64,000 bases of DNA from Camelus dromedarius (lineage: Eukaryota). The translations under genes and the position numbers were made by a program. Shown here in pieces: positions 51,110 through 64,000 of the stretch; the first letter of the stretch is position 1; each line of letters opens with the position of its first letter. Location of the stretch: the NCBI RefSeq assembly GCF_036321535.1, contig NC_087437.1:69876001-69940000 (forward strand). Reading direction: 5' to 3'. The notes under the pieces were generated by a model, which did not search any database, was not told where the DNA came from, and saw only the letters and a list, made by a program, of their open reading frames with translations.

Positions 51110-52320
51110 AGCTATTTTAATTATTTTGAAATAATTTTAAATTTACAGATGAGTTTCAAGAATAATAAAAATAACTCCTGTATTCTCTTAATCCAAATTT
51201 ACCAATTGTTAACCCTATGCTACGTTGCTTTCTCTCCCCACGTGATATGTATTATTATCCTGAACCATTTGAAAGTATTTGTAGAAATCATGTCTCTTTA
51301 CCCCTAAATATTTCAATTTTTCTTAAGAATAAGGGCATGCTCTTATATAAACAGTACAATTATTTAGTTGAGGCTGTTTAATATTCATATATTACTATTA
51401 TCTAATAAAAGGTTCACTATTAAATTTTATCAGTTGTCCCTGTAATGTCCATTATAGCAATCCTCCCCACCCCATGCCCAACTCAGAAAACAATACAAGA
51501 TAACACATTTCTTTTAGTTGTCAGGCTTCTTTAGTTTATTTTAATCTGGAATAGTTTCTCAGGCTTTCATTGTCTTTTATAACATTGACATTTTGAAGAG
51601 TACAGAGTAACTGTTTGGAATCTGTCTGGTATTTCCTTGTAGGTTATCCATTTTCAGTAGGTGTGACATGTAAGAAATGCTGTGCCCTTTCACATGCATC
51701 ACATCAGGAGACACATGATGTCAGGCTGTCCCGTCGTTGGTGATATTAACACATCACCTGGTTGAAGTGCTCTGTGTCACGTTTCCTCATTGTAGGCTTA
51801 CCATTTTCCCCTTGATATTAACAAGGAGTCTGTGGGAAGATACTTTGAGACTATATAAATATACTGTTTCTTATCCAGCTTTCATCAGTCATTATAGCAT
51901 CCCATGATGATATACTCAACTGATTTCTATGGATGACTGCAAAATGGTGATTTTTAAATGCTACCATTCTTTCTACATTTATGATGTAACATTCTATTGT
52001 AAGAAGAGCTTCCTCTTATCATCTGTTATTTATGTATTAATTTATTATCAATATGGACTTAAAGGTTATTTTATTCAGTGGCTTATAAAAATTACTCTAA
52101 TTATCTAGTTGCAAGCACAAATTGTCACATATTTGATTAGATGGAGCCCTTACAAGTTGGCTCTTGTATCCATTTGACATGTCCTTATCATTTTGTCATC
52201 ATTTCTTTATTTGTAGCACAGCAAGGTGTTCTTAGTTCACCCTGGATTTTCTCTCTCCCAGTCCTGGAATCAACTGTAGAGTCCCTTTTAGTGAAAGATG
52301 AGTACTTAAAATTCCAAATG
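51110..52320 (-). mobile_element. Ancient L1 (L1MC/L1ME-like) 3' region
   Basis: ttattttgaaataattttaaatttacag...tttaatctggaatagtttc...gtctgtgggaagatactttgagactat. Confidence 0.78.
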
Positions 52321-52498
52321 TAGGCATACAATCACATTTTCAAACATAGGCTTTGAAAGATATTCAGTGTTTTTTCTGTGATGTTTAAACTGCCAGTTAG
52401 GGCAAAGCTAACTGTGTCCACTGAACAAAACAGTGGGCATTCTATATTGACTGACATAGTGTTACAGATCTTAAGAATGTAAAGTACTACGAACTTCT

Positions 52499-52667
52499 TC
52501 TATTTTAAGATTCTAAGATACATGATAGCTTTAATAACAGCTTCTTGGATGGTGGAAGGAGGATAAAGCATTCTATATTAAATATTCACATTGATTATAA
52601 GGCATCTACTAATTTCAAAAACATTAAGATGTGAAAAAATTTGCATCTCAAAATCAAGAAAAACAAG
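52499..52667 (-). mobile_element. MER104-like TcMar MITE
   Basis: Degenerate TIRs gattctaagatacat...tgcatctcaaaatc, with aagatgtgaaaaaatttgcatc inside. Confidence 0.55.
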
Positions 52668-53129
52668 CAATTTATCTCAAAGAAGAGCATATCATTATGA
52701 CTTCATGCAGAAACATTCAAATGATTTAGGGAAAGCATTAAATAATGTTATAAACTGCTTTGTTTATATTTCTTGTCTGTCTTGTTATCCTTAACTGTAC
52801 ATTTTAAAATTTTCATTAGGTTGTAATAAAATTATAGTGCATAGGTCAAATGAGTCTATTTTAGTTTTTATAGATACATGAAAAATAAGAAGAAATCACA
52901 GTCAGATCTTCTATTCTTCAATGATTGAGATTAGAGAAGATATATTATCACTAGAAATATGTTGATTTGTTCCACACTTTCACATATGCTAAATTTTAAT
53001 AGGTCTATTATATCATCTTAATGAATCAGAGAACTAAATGGATTTTAATAATAATAACATGAATATTTTATGTAAGGATGTGACTTTATCGTTAACAAAC
53101 ATGTTGCAAAGGCAATTTCACCAAGGGTA

Positions 53130-53395
53130 GCAGGGTGTACTAACTGATTAGGAGATCCTGCTGGGGATCTGACTGCCCCAGGTACAAGTCCTGTCTCTCT
53201 GCTGCTTACTAGATTTTCACCCTTAGGCAAATTACTTAACCTCTCTAGGCTTCAGTTTTCTCATTTGCCAGAAGAAAATGATCATAAGTACTTACCTCAA
53301 AAAGTCATCATGAGGAGAAAATGAAAGAATTTGGGGAGAGTGCATAGACCAATGCTTGGTACTCAGTAAACTGTTCAATAAATATGAGCTGATAA
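53130..53395 (+). mobile_element. MIR SINE
   Basis: ccttaggcaaattacttaacctctctaggcttcagttttctcatttg. Confidence 0.85.
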
Positions 53396-55369
53396 AAAAA
53401 GTAGATCAAAGACAGAAGTCAGCGTCATTCTAGGATCTTAGATGGATACATTTCCTTTGCATATTCCTTATAAGACAATGTAGTACTTTTCCCCTGCTTA
53501 AGAACTTAAGTGGATTGAATAGAAAGGATCTCCTTAAGTCCTAAGTTGGAAATACGAGTTAGGAATCTGCACTATACGGGGACACGTGCACTTACCTATG
53601 TTTGTTTCATTATCAAGCTCTTCATTTGACTGTCAACAGGTCACAGTTTGCCTAACCTATCTTCCTTTTCATCATCTACTACCCTACTATCCATAGGAAA
53701 GCAGTAGTTTATGTGAGCTATTGGTTCAGAAGACTGAGCAAAAATTTTGAGCCTGAGATAAGCAGCAAAAAAGAGAAAAGAGCACACAGCCAGTGGATTT
53801 GGATTGCCCTGTCTCGTTCAAGTTGTGTCTGCTGGGTCACCCACTCTCTGCCACAATGCTGGTCATAAGTGGCCCTGAGGGTCCTTATCCTGGGACAATA
53901 CCTCACAGATGATTAACATTTTAAAGAGAGAAGATACCCTTCATCTTCAATGATAAGGGATTCTCCATTTCCCTTTGAATTCTTTAATTGGCCTTTCTAA
54001 TTAGAGGGATTTGTTGCTTTATTTGGCAGTAGTTGGCTATAATCTGTGTGGTTTCTGAAGGACTGGGCCAGATTGTTTGCATTTTAAAGGAATTCTGGGG
54101 AAGCCCTACCCCTTTCTAGGGTTTCTTTCATGCTATTCGAGGGTTTTAGAGAATTGAGGTCAAGGATGATCCATTAGCGTAGTGCAGAGGAAGAAAGCTG
54201 GGACGCCATTGACTATTTCAGAGTAATTACATCATCCACTCTGGCTCTGCTCCTACAACATCGTGTGAAGCTGTGGGTGAAGCAATATGCCAGATCAGAC
54301 TGTCACAGGGTCTCCTGCCGTTTGTACGGCTCTTGACCCGTGAAGTTTTAGCAACTATACCACTCACTCCTGGGAAATCTCCAAAGTTCTTCCTGCTAAA
54401 GTTGGTTTGTCTGAAGTCTCCACTTAACTTAAAAGAAAGGAATTATTTTCTTGGAAAAGATTAAAGCACATGGGGACATGTGTGTAACAGCCAGCGTGGA
54501 ACATAGTTCACTAGGGGCTACACTGTGATGTGGCTTAAACAAACAACATTAGAACAGAAAGTTTAATTATATGATCATAGTAAGAAGCAATTTGTAACAA
54601 TTAACTCTTCAGGGAGGCTTGTTTTTACTTTGCCCTGCGGAAGCCTCAGGTGTTTGTTCAAAGGGACCAAACCCACAAATTGTGAAAGTCCTTTTAAAAC
54701 TAGGGAGTCCCTGAGTTCTGCACTTTCCTGCTCAGGTAACTCTTCTGCTCCATTGACATCACCCACCAAACCACACACACCGCACCCCCACCCCACAAGG
54801 TTCACTAAAGGTAAATTCAGAAGTGTCTCCAGTTCCAATCTTCTCTCGCGCTCTGGATAGAAGCTGGATGTATGTATGGTTGCCTTGTCCCTTGTAGCTA
54901 CCGGTTTATTGCCCATGATTTGTCCTCTGACCTTTTGCTATCAGCGTGTATCTCCCCAGCCTCAGGCTTTTTCACGGCTATTCTTGGTCTACGATTTTCT
55001 TCCTTGATTTCAGTGGCTTACCAAAGACCCAATTCAGCAGCCTGTCTGCCTCTGGCTCTTTAATTAGCTCCCCAGTGGCTTTTCTTAAAAGTCTTTCTGC
55101 ATCATTTTGAAAGGGGCATTTTCTGTGTATAAAGCTCCCTCCTCATCAGGAGGTATGGCTTAATGCTTGCCTTACCCACCCCACACACAACCTACCAAGG
55201 CCTCTGATTATGAAAACATGCTACTAGAAGGATCAAGGATGAAATAATTTCTTTCTTCCAGTCATCATTTACTTCAACAGACGGTATTTGGTCACCTATT
55301 ACATTCAATACACTGAAAGGCTACAATGATGAATGTATTTCCATTCCTGTTTCTGACTTACAGGTCAGA

Positions 55370-55510
55370 GTACTAGTTCTTAAAATTCATTGTGCGTAAG
55401 ACTCTTCTGGGGAACTTGTTAAAAATCAAATACCCAGACCCCATAACTCAGAGATTATGATACCACAGGTGTAGAGTGGGGCCTGAGAACCTGTATTTTT
55501 AACAACCCCC
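55370..55510. mobile_element. MER5A-like MITE
   Basis: ctggggaacttgttaaaaat...gtggggcctgagaacctgtatttttaacaa. Confidence 0.7.
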
Positions 55511-56964
55511 CTCCCATACACTGAGAACTGAGGCAGGGATCCTGTGGATACTCTACTTTGTGAGAAGAAATACCACACCGCCCCACCCCTGCCAAGTCTC
55601 CACCACCTCCTCTTAGGTACAGAGTTCTGGAAACCAGTAAAAGCAGGCAAAACATAGCCTATATTTTTGGTTTACATAAGTAAAATGTAGAGCTCCTGTT
55701 GTATCTGTATTGTTTATTCCTACCAAGATGCTCCAATTGCTTTATCTCCCTTTCCTCTGTCATAGGAGCGAGCACTAGGTACCTGAGTTTTAAAGATGAA
55801 GACACTGCAAACAATCATTCACCTGCCACACATTATGCAGCAAGTAGATTCACCCTCACAACATAATGAGACAGCATTCTTTGTCATATTCCAAAAATGC
55901 AGTGGCTTCCCCAAGCTCCAGTGCGCTCTGGTCACTCAATGTTGCATGAACAAGAAATGACTTTCTCAGGTTCACCGAGCCTGGGTTCACCGTGGGGCCC
56001 AGGAGTCTGCAATTTTTTGAAGTTCTGTGGATAATGATGCCGGACAATGATGCCGCTGGAGTGCGGAGAAAGCAGGGACGAGGGTGGTGTGAATCTGCTC
56101 ACCCGCCTGTCTCCCCCCCCTGCTCAGCTTGAGTCCATTGAACTTTGTGCTTCTGTCTGTGCTTATTCTCTTCTGGCTCCTACCCCTGCATCTTTTCTTT
56201 TTGGAAAAATACTCAGGGAACAATTCCATCTGTTTACTTGGAGCAGTGCTTGCTCTCTTCCCATATATGGTTGTCTGAGTCCATTCATCTCCAAAGTGAA
56301 GCCTGTGGATTCTCCGGTGAGTCCAAATTATGTTGGTGTTGAGAAGTCTGCTTGGGTGTACAGAAAATTACAGGCAAGATAAATATACATATATTAAATA
56401 GAGACTATATTATATATAACTATATATAAATTAGATATTTATTTATATATAAATAGATGCATACTGCAAAAATCTTAAAAGTACATTTGCCATTAACATT
56501 GTTCTTTCAATCTATTATCTTTCTTCCTTCCATCTATTATCCTTAACTTCCAATATTATATGATGCTTATATCAAAACTATTTCTAATAGAAACTGCACG
56601 AATTTTACTTGCTGGCTCTCAGTCAGAGAAATGCTTTGGAGATGACCATGTCAAAGCTGTGCCAGGTACCCTAAAATTCTGGAGTGAGGCAATGAAAGAA
56701 AATCCATAAGTGTTTCGGTCTACATAATCTCAACTGGTTCAGAGTAAATCTGTGAAGAACACCAATATTTGACTGAGATCCTATTTCTTTTTTTTTCAGG
56801 TCTACAAATATTTTCTTGTCAATTGCTTCTCTGGTATAACTTGAACATCAGTATCTTCAACTTCAAAGAAAGTTTTTTTTTCATAAATACTTACACACTT
56901 AAAAATTTTTTTTTTCACTGAAGTGTAAATGAACATTTTGAGAAGTATTGGAAAGTTCTTGATA

Positions 56965-57215
56965 CAGTGTAACAAGTGAGGTTTGGGGGTCTACAGACCT
57001 TCATTCAAACCCTGCTCATCACCTTACTAGATCTTTGACCTTGGACAAGTTAAATGACGTCTCTGAGCCTCAGTTTCCTCAGCTGTAAAATGGAGATAAT
57101 AATAGTGCCTCCCTTAAAGTGATGCTGTAGTGAGAAAATAAGAAGAGGCACACAAAATGCTTAGCACAACATAGGCTCATGATAAACATTCATTAAAGGT
57201 TAAACCTTATTGTTA
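56965..57215 (+). mobile_element. MIR SINE
   Basis: tgaccttggacaagtta...ctctgagcctcagtttcctcagctgtaaaatggagataataatagtgcct. Confidence 0.9.
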
Positions 57216-58779
57216 TTATTATTAAATTTTGTTGTTTTATTATTAGTCTTGGAAATATTTGTATTTTCATAGATATCAGAATTTTAGGAAAAGAAATCAA
57301 ACTCCTTATTAAGAATATCAGCAAGCAAATGGATAAGGATTTGGCAGGGGTGGCGAGTGCTCAATAAATGTTCTTGCTTGAAAGAATACCACTAGGTTTT
57401 AAATAAATTTATTTATTCAGCAAAACTGTATTGTGCATGTGCTATGTGAATTATATCTCAATAAATTAAACACACACACATACAGATAACACACGCGTAA
57501 CTGTGTTGTGTTGTGTACACTTGTCCATGCAGGGCACTGAAAATCAGGAGCAGGGAATACTAAGATAAAGAAGGCATACTTCCTGCCTCTGGAGTATGAA
57601 CAGGAGTTAGTCAGAGTTTAGTTCAGTGTCCTGACTCACCATCTAACACAGCCTGAGAGCAGACATCAGCTTTCAAAGGAGAACATGCTTGAATGAATGT
57701 GTCACTTTCAAGAATGGTACACAAGGTTCCCCTCTCTGAATCACCTGAGAACCCTTCTAGGCACCAAGGGACTCAGGACACATCCTTTCCTTACCCAGCC
57801 TGATGTCAGAATGGCCCCTGTCAAGAGTTTACTTGATAAGGGATTGGAAAGTGGTAATCATGGGGATGGAGAGGGTAAAGATCCCCAACAATTAAAATGA
57901 AATGTTTATATTTACTATGGCAGGTTGGAAGAGTGGCAAGAAAAGTGGGGAAAGAAAATTTCCTGTCATTTTGGATTTGAAATTGTGCACAATGCAAGTT
58001 CTCCTTTACTGCAGGGCTGTAGAAAGCTCTGGCTAACACCACCATCTTACCACTGTAAATTTTCTATGGTTTTTTTCCCCTCAGGGCTTAGAAGTGCTGA
58101 AGTATGTGTAGAAGTTTTCCATCCCTTGCTTTACTTTTTTTTTTTGGTGGGGGAGGGCTTAGGGGGAGGAAAGAAAAAAATGTTAATTTCTAGGAAAAGA
58201 CCAAAGAATATATAGTTTTAGGTAAAGCATCTAGGCCAGCAAAGATGAGTTTCAGACCAAATATCATTCTTACTCCAATAAACTGAAACTTAAAAAAATT
58301 TTGAAAATAAAATGAAGTTTAAATAAATAAAGCAGGCCCTTAAAGATGATTCTTTGGCCAGAGTGAAATGTATTTTTTTCAACAGCAATGGAAAGGTCCT
58401 GTGGAGGAGTCCTGAGCTGGAAGTTGAGAAGAATGGGTTCTCATGCACATGCCCATTGGTCTCTGTGACCTCAGGCAAGTTTTACAACTTTCTAGGCTTA
58501 GACTCATCATCTGAAAAATAAAACTCTATGATGTTTAAAGCCTCTTCCATCTCAGACACACCATCAGTGCATAAAGTATGAGAATGTAACATCCCATCTC
58601 ATGAAGCCATTTGGATTATTAAATGGGTTTCCTTTCCAAGTTTCATCAAAATTACGGATACGCAGTTAATTACAGAATATTGGGCCTGTCCTGCTATTTC
58701 TGGAGCTCGCCTTTTTAAAGCCTAAATGACTCCTAAGACTACCATTTTATTTCTTCAAGCCAGCTATTATGTCTGGTGA

Positions 58780-58935
58780 TTCATAAATCAATTCCTCACA
58801 CATTTTTAGTTAGCAATTATCACCACCCTACGAGGTAAGTATTAGTTTTCCATTTTACAGATTAGAAAGATTAAGGCTCAGAGAAGTGAAATATTCTATC
58901 TCCCACAGCTAGTAAGTGGCATAACTTGGCCTTAG
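58780..58935 (-). mobile_element. MIR SINE
   Basis: ccattttacagattag...aaggctcagagaagtgaa...cacagctagtaagtggca. Confidence 0.75.
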
Positions 58936-61319
58936 ACTGAAAGATGTTGATTTTCATGTTAGTTCTCTTATGCTATTCTTATGCTAGGTCTTTGTGGTAA
59001 TCCTGATTAATGTGGAAAGTCTCAGTGAAAATGCTGACAGTTGATATATTTTTATCATCTGTCACCTGAGGCCCTACCTACACCTGTACCATTAAGCTGC
59101 CACTCATCCATGTGAGACCCTGCCCATGAAAGACCTACGGGCATTATTTACTTAAATAATACCACTGAGTTTATAGCTGATTTATTTCTGTCCTTTTCTA
59201 TTCTCTACTTGTTAATACACAGCCACCATTTGTGCACTACCCAAGCCGGAGATGCCAGTCATCTTTTTTTCTCTCATCTCCCATACCTAGTAAGTCACAA
59301 AATCTTACATATTCTTCTTTGGAAATGTCTATCTCCCTCCGCCTGTACCCATGGCCATTTCCCATGGTCAGCTTGTGTTATCTCATCTCCCTGACTCAAA
59401 CTCTGCTAGCATTAGCCCATTTAAGACATGCCACTCATTATTTTTCATAATTAGAGCTTTTTCTGTGTGGCTTCTTCATGTAAAAACCTTTAATCCATCA
59501 CCCTCTCTTCAAAAGAAAACTTCAGACTCCATCATACAGAATTAATATGTCTCCAGTCTACTTTCCAACTTAACCATGCCGGGCTTATCTCCTCACTCTC
59601 TGCAACATTCATCCTACTCTTTTTGGGCCCACTTCACCCAAGAAGAGCAGACATAAAAATAAAAAAGAAATTAAGTGATCCAGTTCTACAACCATCAACC
59701 TCTTAATGTCACTGGAAAAAAAGAGAAGCCAGCCAATGGGATTAAGATAGAGTTATCTTAGAGGTAAAGGGCCAGAGTTAGTTAATCAAAGATGCAGAGG
59801 GATTTTTTAAGAAAAGATCTGAACATAGCAGAAAGGATCTTGGTAACATAACAGGAGCTTCCTAGGGCACAAAGGAGCAGAACGTGGGAGGAGAATGGCT
59901 CCAAAAAGGGGAGGGGTTGATCTGCACAAAGCATCAAAGTGGACAGCTCTGTAGATCTTAGAAAAAGTAAAGGAGCAGAAGAAACATAACTGGACATCAC
60001 CTTATCACCAAAGGCTGGTTGAAATCTGACTTAAAAGATCCTCATACATAAATTATCCTCAACCGATGATTCATTCATTCAACAAGTACCTCCTGAGTGC
60101 CTAATTTAAGTCAGGAGCTCAGCTAAGCAACGGTGACTCAGAAATTAATAAGCAAAAGGAAAAAAAAAGAGAGAAGAAATATTTAAAAATCCAACAGAAG
60201 CCCACATCTTCAAGAAGCCCATAACCTTATGTTTGAGAGTGACAAGTAAACAGTCATAAAAGAGTATAAATAAAAAAAAGTGATAAAGGCAAATACAGAG
60301 TGTTGGGGGTAGATCCAAACATGAGAGAGCCAAGGAGTTTTCTTCTTACGGAAAATGGTGGGGAGCCATTTTGGCAGCCTTTTTCTTAATTAAACTCTTG
60401 TGTTTTGAAAGTTTGACTATCTCGCATGTGACGAATATTGGGCTTCAGAAACCTACAAGTATGTGTGATATTACAGTAACCTAAGAACCCTGATTATAGT
60501 TATCCTAAGCCACACCTGCCAGTATGGTAGGACACTGGTACCTCCCCAACTCCTCTAGCCCTCTCCAAGTAATGTCAGGGCCTCTTTGCGAGGCTGGGAT
60601 TTTGCTTTTTCCCCAGTCATGTGTGCTCTGGACTTAATCTATCCCCACTCCATCTAATCATCACTGATTATACCTCTGCTGATCTCCTCCTGTAAGTCTG
60701 GGACGTCTGACCTCTCTAGTGTATTCTGTAACTATTCCACTAGCCTTGGGGTGGGAGGAGAGGGGGCCAGAGGCTGGACTCTGCTACCGGAAATATGGAG
60801 TACATCCTTCTCTTCACTCCTTGCAGCCGAGTTGAGTTGGCTGCGCCTTTTTATAGAACTTTACTGAAGTTCCTGAATGGCAGAAGGGAATCACAATCAG
60901 TAGAGTTACCTTCAAGCGCTTCTGGAAGCGCTGCTCTCAGAGCTCAAAGGCCAGGTGCACACTCACAGGTTACTTATATCATTCTGTTATATCAACTATA
61001 TGGCTTCCTGCATCCTTCCAAGCCTTTCTCTGAGTCAGGGACTGATAAAACTCCAACACCATGAATCTGTTCAAGTCTACAATCCTTAGACTTCTGATGC
61101 CAACAGCAGTAGGCCCAAAGAGAAGAAGAAGATGGACCTTGGTGAGGTATTAAATACTACTGTCCCAAATCTCATTATCTATCGAAAGTTCAGTGACTTA
61201 CCAGGATGACTGCCAATGGGAATAATCACTTCCTATAAACGGAATACCACCTCCTACCCCCCGGCGTCTAACCCTGTTCTCAGATCTCAACGTGACAACA
61301 CTTCAGTAAGCATGACAGT

Positions 61320-61555
61320 GATGATAATAACACATGTTTATAGTGGGCTAAGTGCCAGGTACTTATATTATTAATTCATTTACTCTTCAAGACAATCTCA
61401 TGAATATGTACAACTTTTTCCCCTATTTTATAGATGAGGAAATTGAGGCCCAAAGTAGTTAAGTCATTTGCCCAAGATCACACAACTGTTAAATGGTAGA
61501 ACTTGCACTCGAATTCAGACCGTCTGGTTCCAGTGCCCATGCTGCTACCCAGTAC
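61320..61555 (-). mobile_element. MIR SINE
   Basis: ttttatagatgaggaaattgaggcccaaagtagttaagtcatttgcccaagatcacacaact. Confidence 0.9.
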
Positions 61556-61611
61556 ATCAGACAGGCTCATGTCCAAGAGAAGAACATTGTCCAAACTCTG
61601 AGTCATTCAGA

Positions 61612-62175
61612 ATTTTTTTAAATTGAGATTCAAATCACATGTCCTGTAATTCACTCATCTGAAGTATGCAGTTCAGTAGTTTTTAGTATATTCTCTGTGT
61701 TGCACAATCATCAATACAATCTAATTCTACAACAATTTGATCACTGCCTCTCCACCTCAAAAATCTCATATCCATTCGCAGTCATTCCCATTCTTGCTCC
61801 CCCTGCCCCTTGAGATCCCTGGCAACCACAATCGCTACTCTGTCTCTGGAAATTTGCTCATTTTGGACATTTTACATAAGTGAAAATATACAATATGTGG
61901 TCTTATATGACTGGCTTATTTCACTTAGAATAACATTTTCAAAGTTTGTCTGTGCCATAGCATGTATGAGAATTTCGCTCTTTTTATTGCATTATATTCT
62001 ATTGGATGGCCATACCACATTTTGTTTATTCATTCATAAGCTGATTGACATTTGGATTGTTTCCACTTTTGGGCTATTACGAATAACGCAGCTATTAAAT
62101 TTCACGTACAAGATTTCATGTGGCCGTATGTTTTAATCTCTCTTCAGTATATATCTAGTAGTGGAATTACTGGTT
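61612..62175 (-). mobile_element. L1MB-like 3' fragment
   Basis: ttttttaaattgagat...ccctggcaaccac...ttttggacattttacataagtg...ttggattgtttccacttttgggctatt. Confidence 0.85.
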
Positions 62176-62345
62176 AACTCTCTCAGCTTAAATTAATCAA
62201 AATACAGGTCATCAAGAGCACAATCTAGATAGAATTTCCACTGACTCTCTCTAATTAGTTATCCCCTCGAAATGGTTTTTACGGTGAAAAGGGAAAATCC
62301 AATCTGTAGTTCTTAGCTTCTAGGACTCAGTGACTAGAGGATCCA

Positions 62346-62350
<5 letters not shown>

Positions 62351-62392
<42 letters not shown>

Positions 62393-62428
62393 CACATACA
62401 CACACACACACTTTACATACACACACAC
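62351..62428. repeat. (AC)20 microsatellite with an interrupted extension
   Basis: Directly visible. Confidence 0.97.
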
Positions 62429-64000
62429 TGTATATAAGAAAGAGTGATATGGACACAATGTAGTTTAAATCCCCACAGAGACGATAAATATCCTCCTCAC
62501 TGCTATCCCAGCCTGACCCAAAGCAGCCTCATTTGAAGCAATATTTTTCTGGCCAGACCCACATCATAATTCACATCACCAAACCAAACCCCTGGTTTCT
62601 CACAGAGAAGATCTTCTTCTATTACAGCATTTTTTGTTTGTTTGTTTGTTTTTTAAGAACAAGGCATATAGATTCTTGTTTTGCATTTCTGTAACTGCAG
62701 AGTTATTTAGTTAGGTTATGTATACCAAGGGACAAATTTGCCCTAAAGGAGCAATTCCCTTCCTCTTATAAGACAGAAAACTACTTCAACTCTTTCTAGC
62801 TCTATCAAGGTTTAGGAAAAAAAAAAAATATATATATATAGCTTGATTTTTCAGCTTGAACATAATGTAAAAATGTCAAAACACACAAATTTTGCTGAGT
62901 GGCTTTAATGTCAAATGTAGTGCCCCCAAGGACTAAACTGCACTAAAAGGATTAAATAATGAGTTGATTTATATAAAAGCATAAAAAAAAATCATAGGTG
63001 ATTAAACTATTCCCGGCATCCCCAAACCAAACACTTTCCAGCTTTTTTATTCTATGATTTTCCATTAACTAGGGTTCAGGGGTTTGCCTTTGGGACCACG
63101 TCCTACCCTTTATTTCCCTTCAACTTCCTTCCTTCATGGAGTCCCTTCCACACAGGATATGCTCAGTTAGCCATCTGATGTGCAAAGCCAATGGAGGTAA
63201 TAAAGGCTATGTATTAATAAGTAAATGTCGAAAAAGATTAACTACTTAGTCATGTGTTTCCCAGCCTTTATAACATGTACCACAGTGCCTGGTGCACTCC
63301 TATAATTTCCCCTTCCCCCTGTTTCCCTCAGTCCTTGTTAGCTGTGGTCCAGGGCTTCCCCTGCAGCTTAAGTGAGGTTGCTCTCTCTCAGAACCATCTG
63401 AACATGGCCCATATTGGCTCCCTGCAATTCTGGTTAACAAGTATTTCTGCTCCTCTCCCCCCTGGGACTTTCCTTTGGATTGAAAAATACAAGTTTGAAA
63501 ATATAATGAACCTTGAAGGTATTTTGCCCAGAGGTAGAGACAGTCTTGGAATAAAAAAAGGAACAAAAATTCCCTTCACAGCCATAATGTCTAAAGGCAG
63601 CCTGTCCATCTTAGACATGCCATCTGATCTGGATGACTTACTTGAATTTAACTCATCAAACAAGTTTTGGGTCGGTGTCTGTCCTGCGCTGTGACTTCTT
63701 CTTTCCTTCTTTCCAGTCAGGTGACTGACCTCTTTCCTAAAACTTACCAGTTTTCAACTGTCCACATGGTGGATATCTTTCCCAACTGAAATCTCTAAGA
63801 AATTTGTGGGTGGAACAGAACCCTGTGCAGAACCAAAAGACCAATTGTTCCTTGGTTGTTGGTCCTATTCTTGATGTTGCTCCTTGTCTACCAGGCTTCC
63901 CGACCCCCCTGTGAGCCTGCTCCTCTCATGGGCTCCTCACACTTGCTTGTCTGCCTGGATTTGTGATTTTGATCCACCCACCTCACAAGCTATCCTTATA

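Noticed and set aside
63254..63694. 146-aa ORF, and similar ones at 47733-48206 and 54575-54916
   Set aside because: No recognisable homology or exon structure, and overlapping frames on both strands are as expected by chance.
1..64000. CRISPR array, operon, rRNA or other prokaryotic/viral system
   Set aside because: There is no repeat-spacer periodicity, gene-dense ORF structure or rRNA similarity. The content is mammalian intron and intergenic DNA.

Overview
This is mammalian genomic DNA, most likely camelid, judging by two Vic-1-like tRNA-derived SINEs and young L1 3' ends. The only recognisable gene is GAP43 (neuromodulin) on the minus strand. Its 30-nt first coding exon (18551-18580, MLCCMRRTKQ) lies beside a GA-rich 5' leader and the P2/P1 promoter region (~18580-19030). 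Positions 1-18550 are intron 1, with exon 2 outside the window, and ~19030-64000 is upstream intergenic DNA dense in interspersed repeats (MIR, L2, L3/CR1, L1, MaLR/ERV LTRs, hAT and TcMar relics). All other ORFs in the track look like chance or repeat-derived frames, and I found no evidence of a new protein-coding system. The best leads are regulatory: an AmnSINE1-like ancient element and an RE1/NRSE-like site in intron 1, a MER41-like solo LTR with a nested L1 about 0.6 kb upstream of the P1 TATA, a uORF confined to long leaders, and an unexplained 155-bp local duplication. Repeat family names come from recalled consensus sequences, not a RepeatMasker run, and boundaries without TSDs are approximate.
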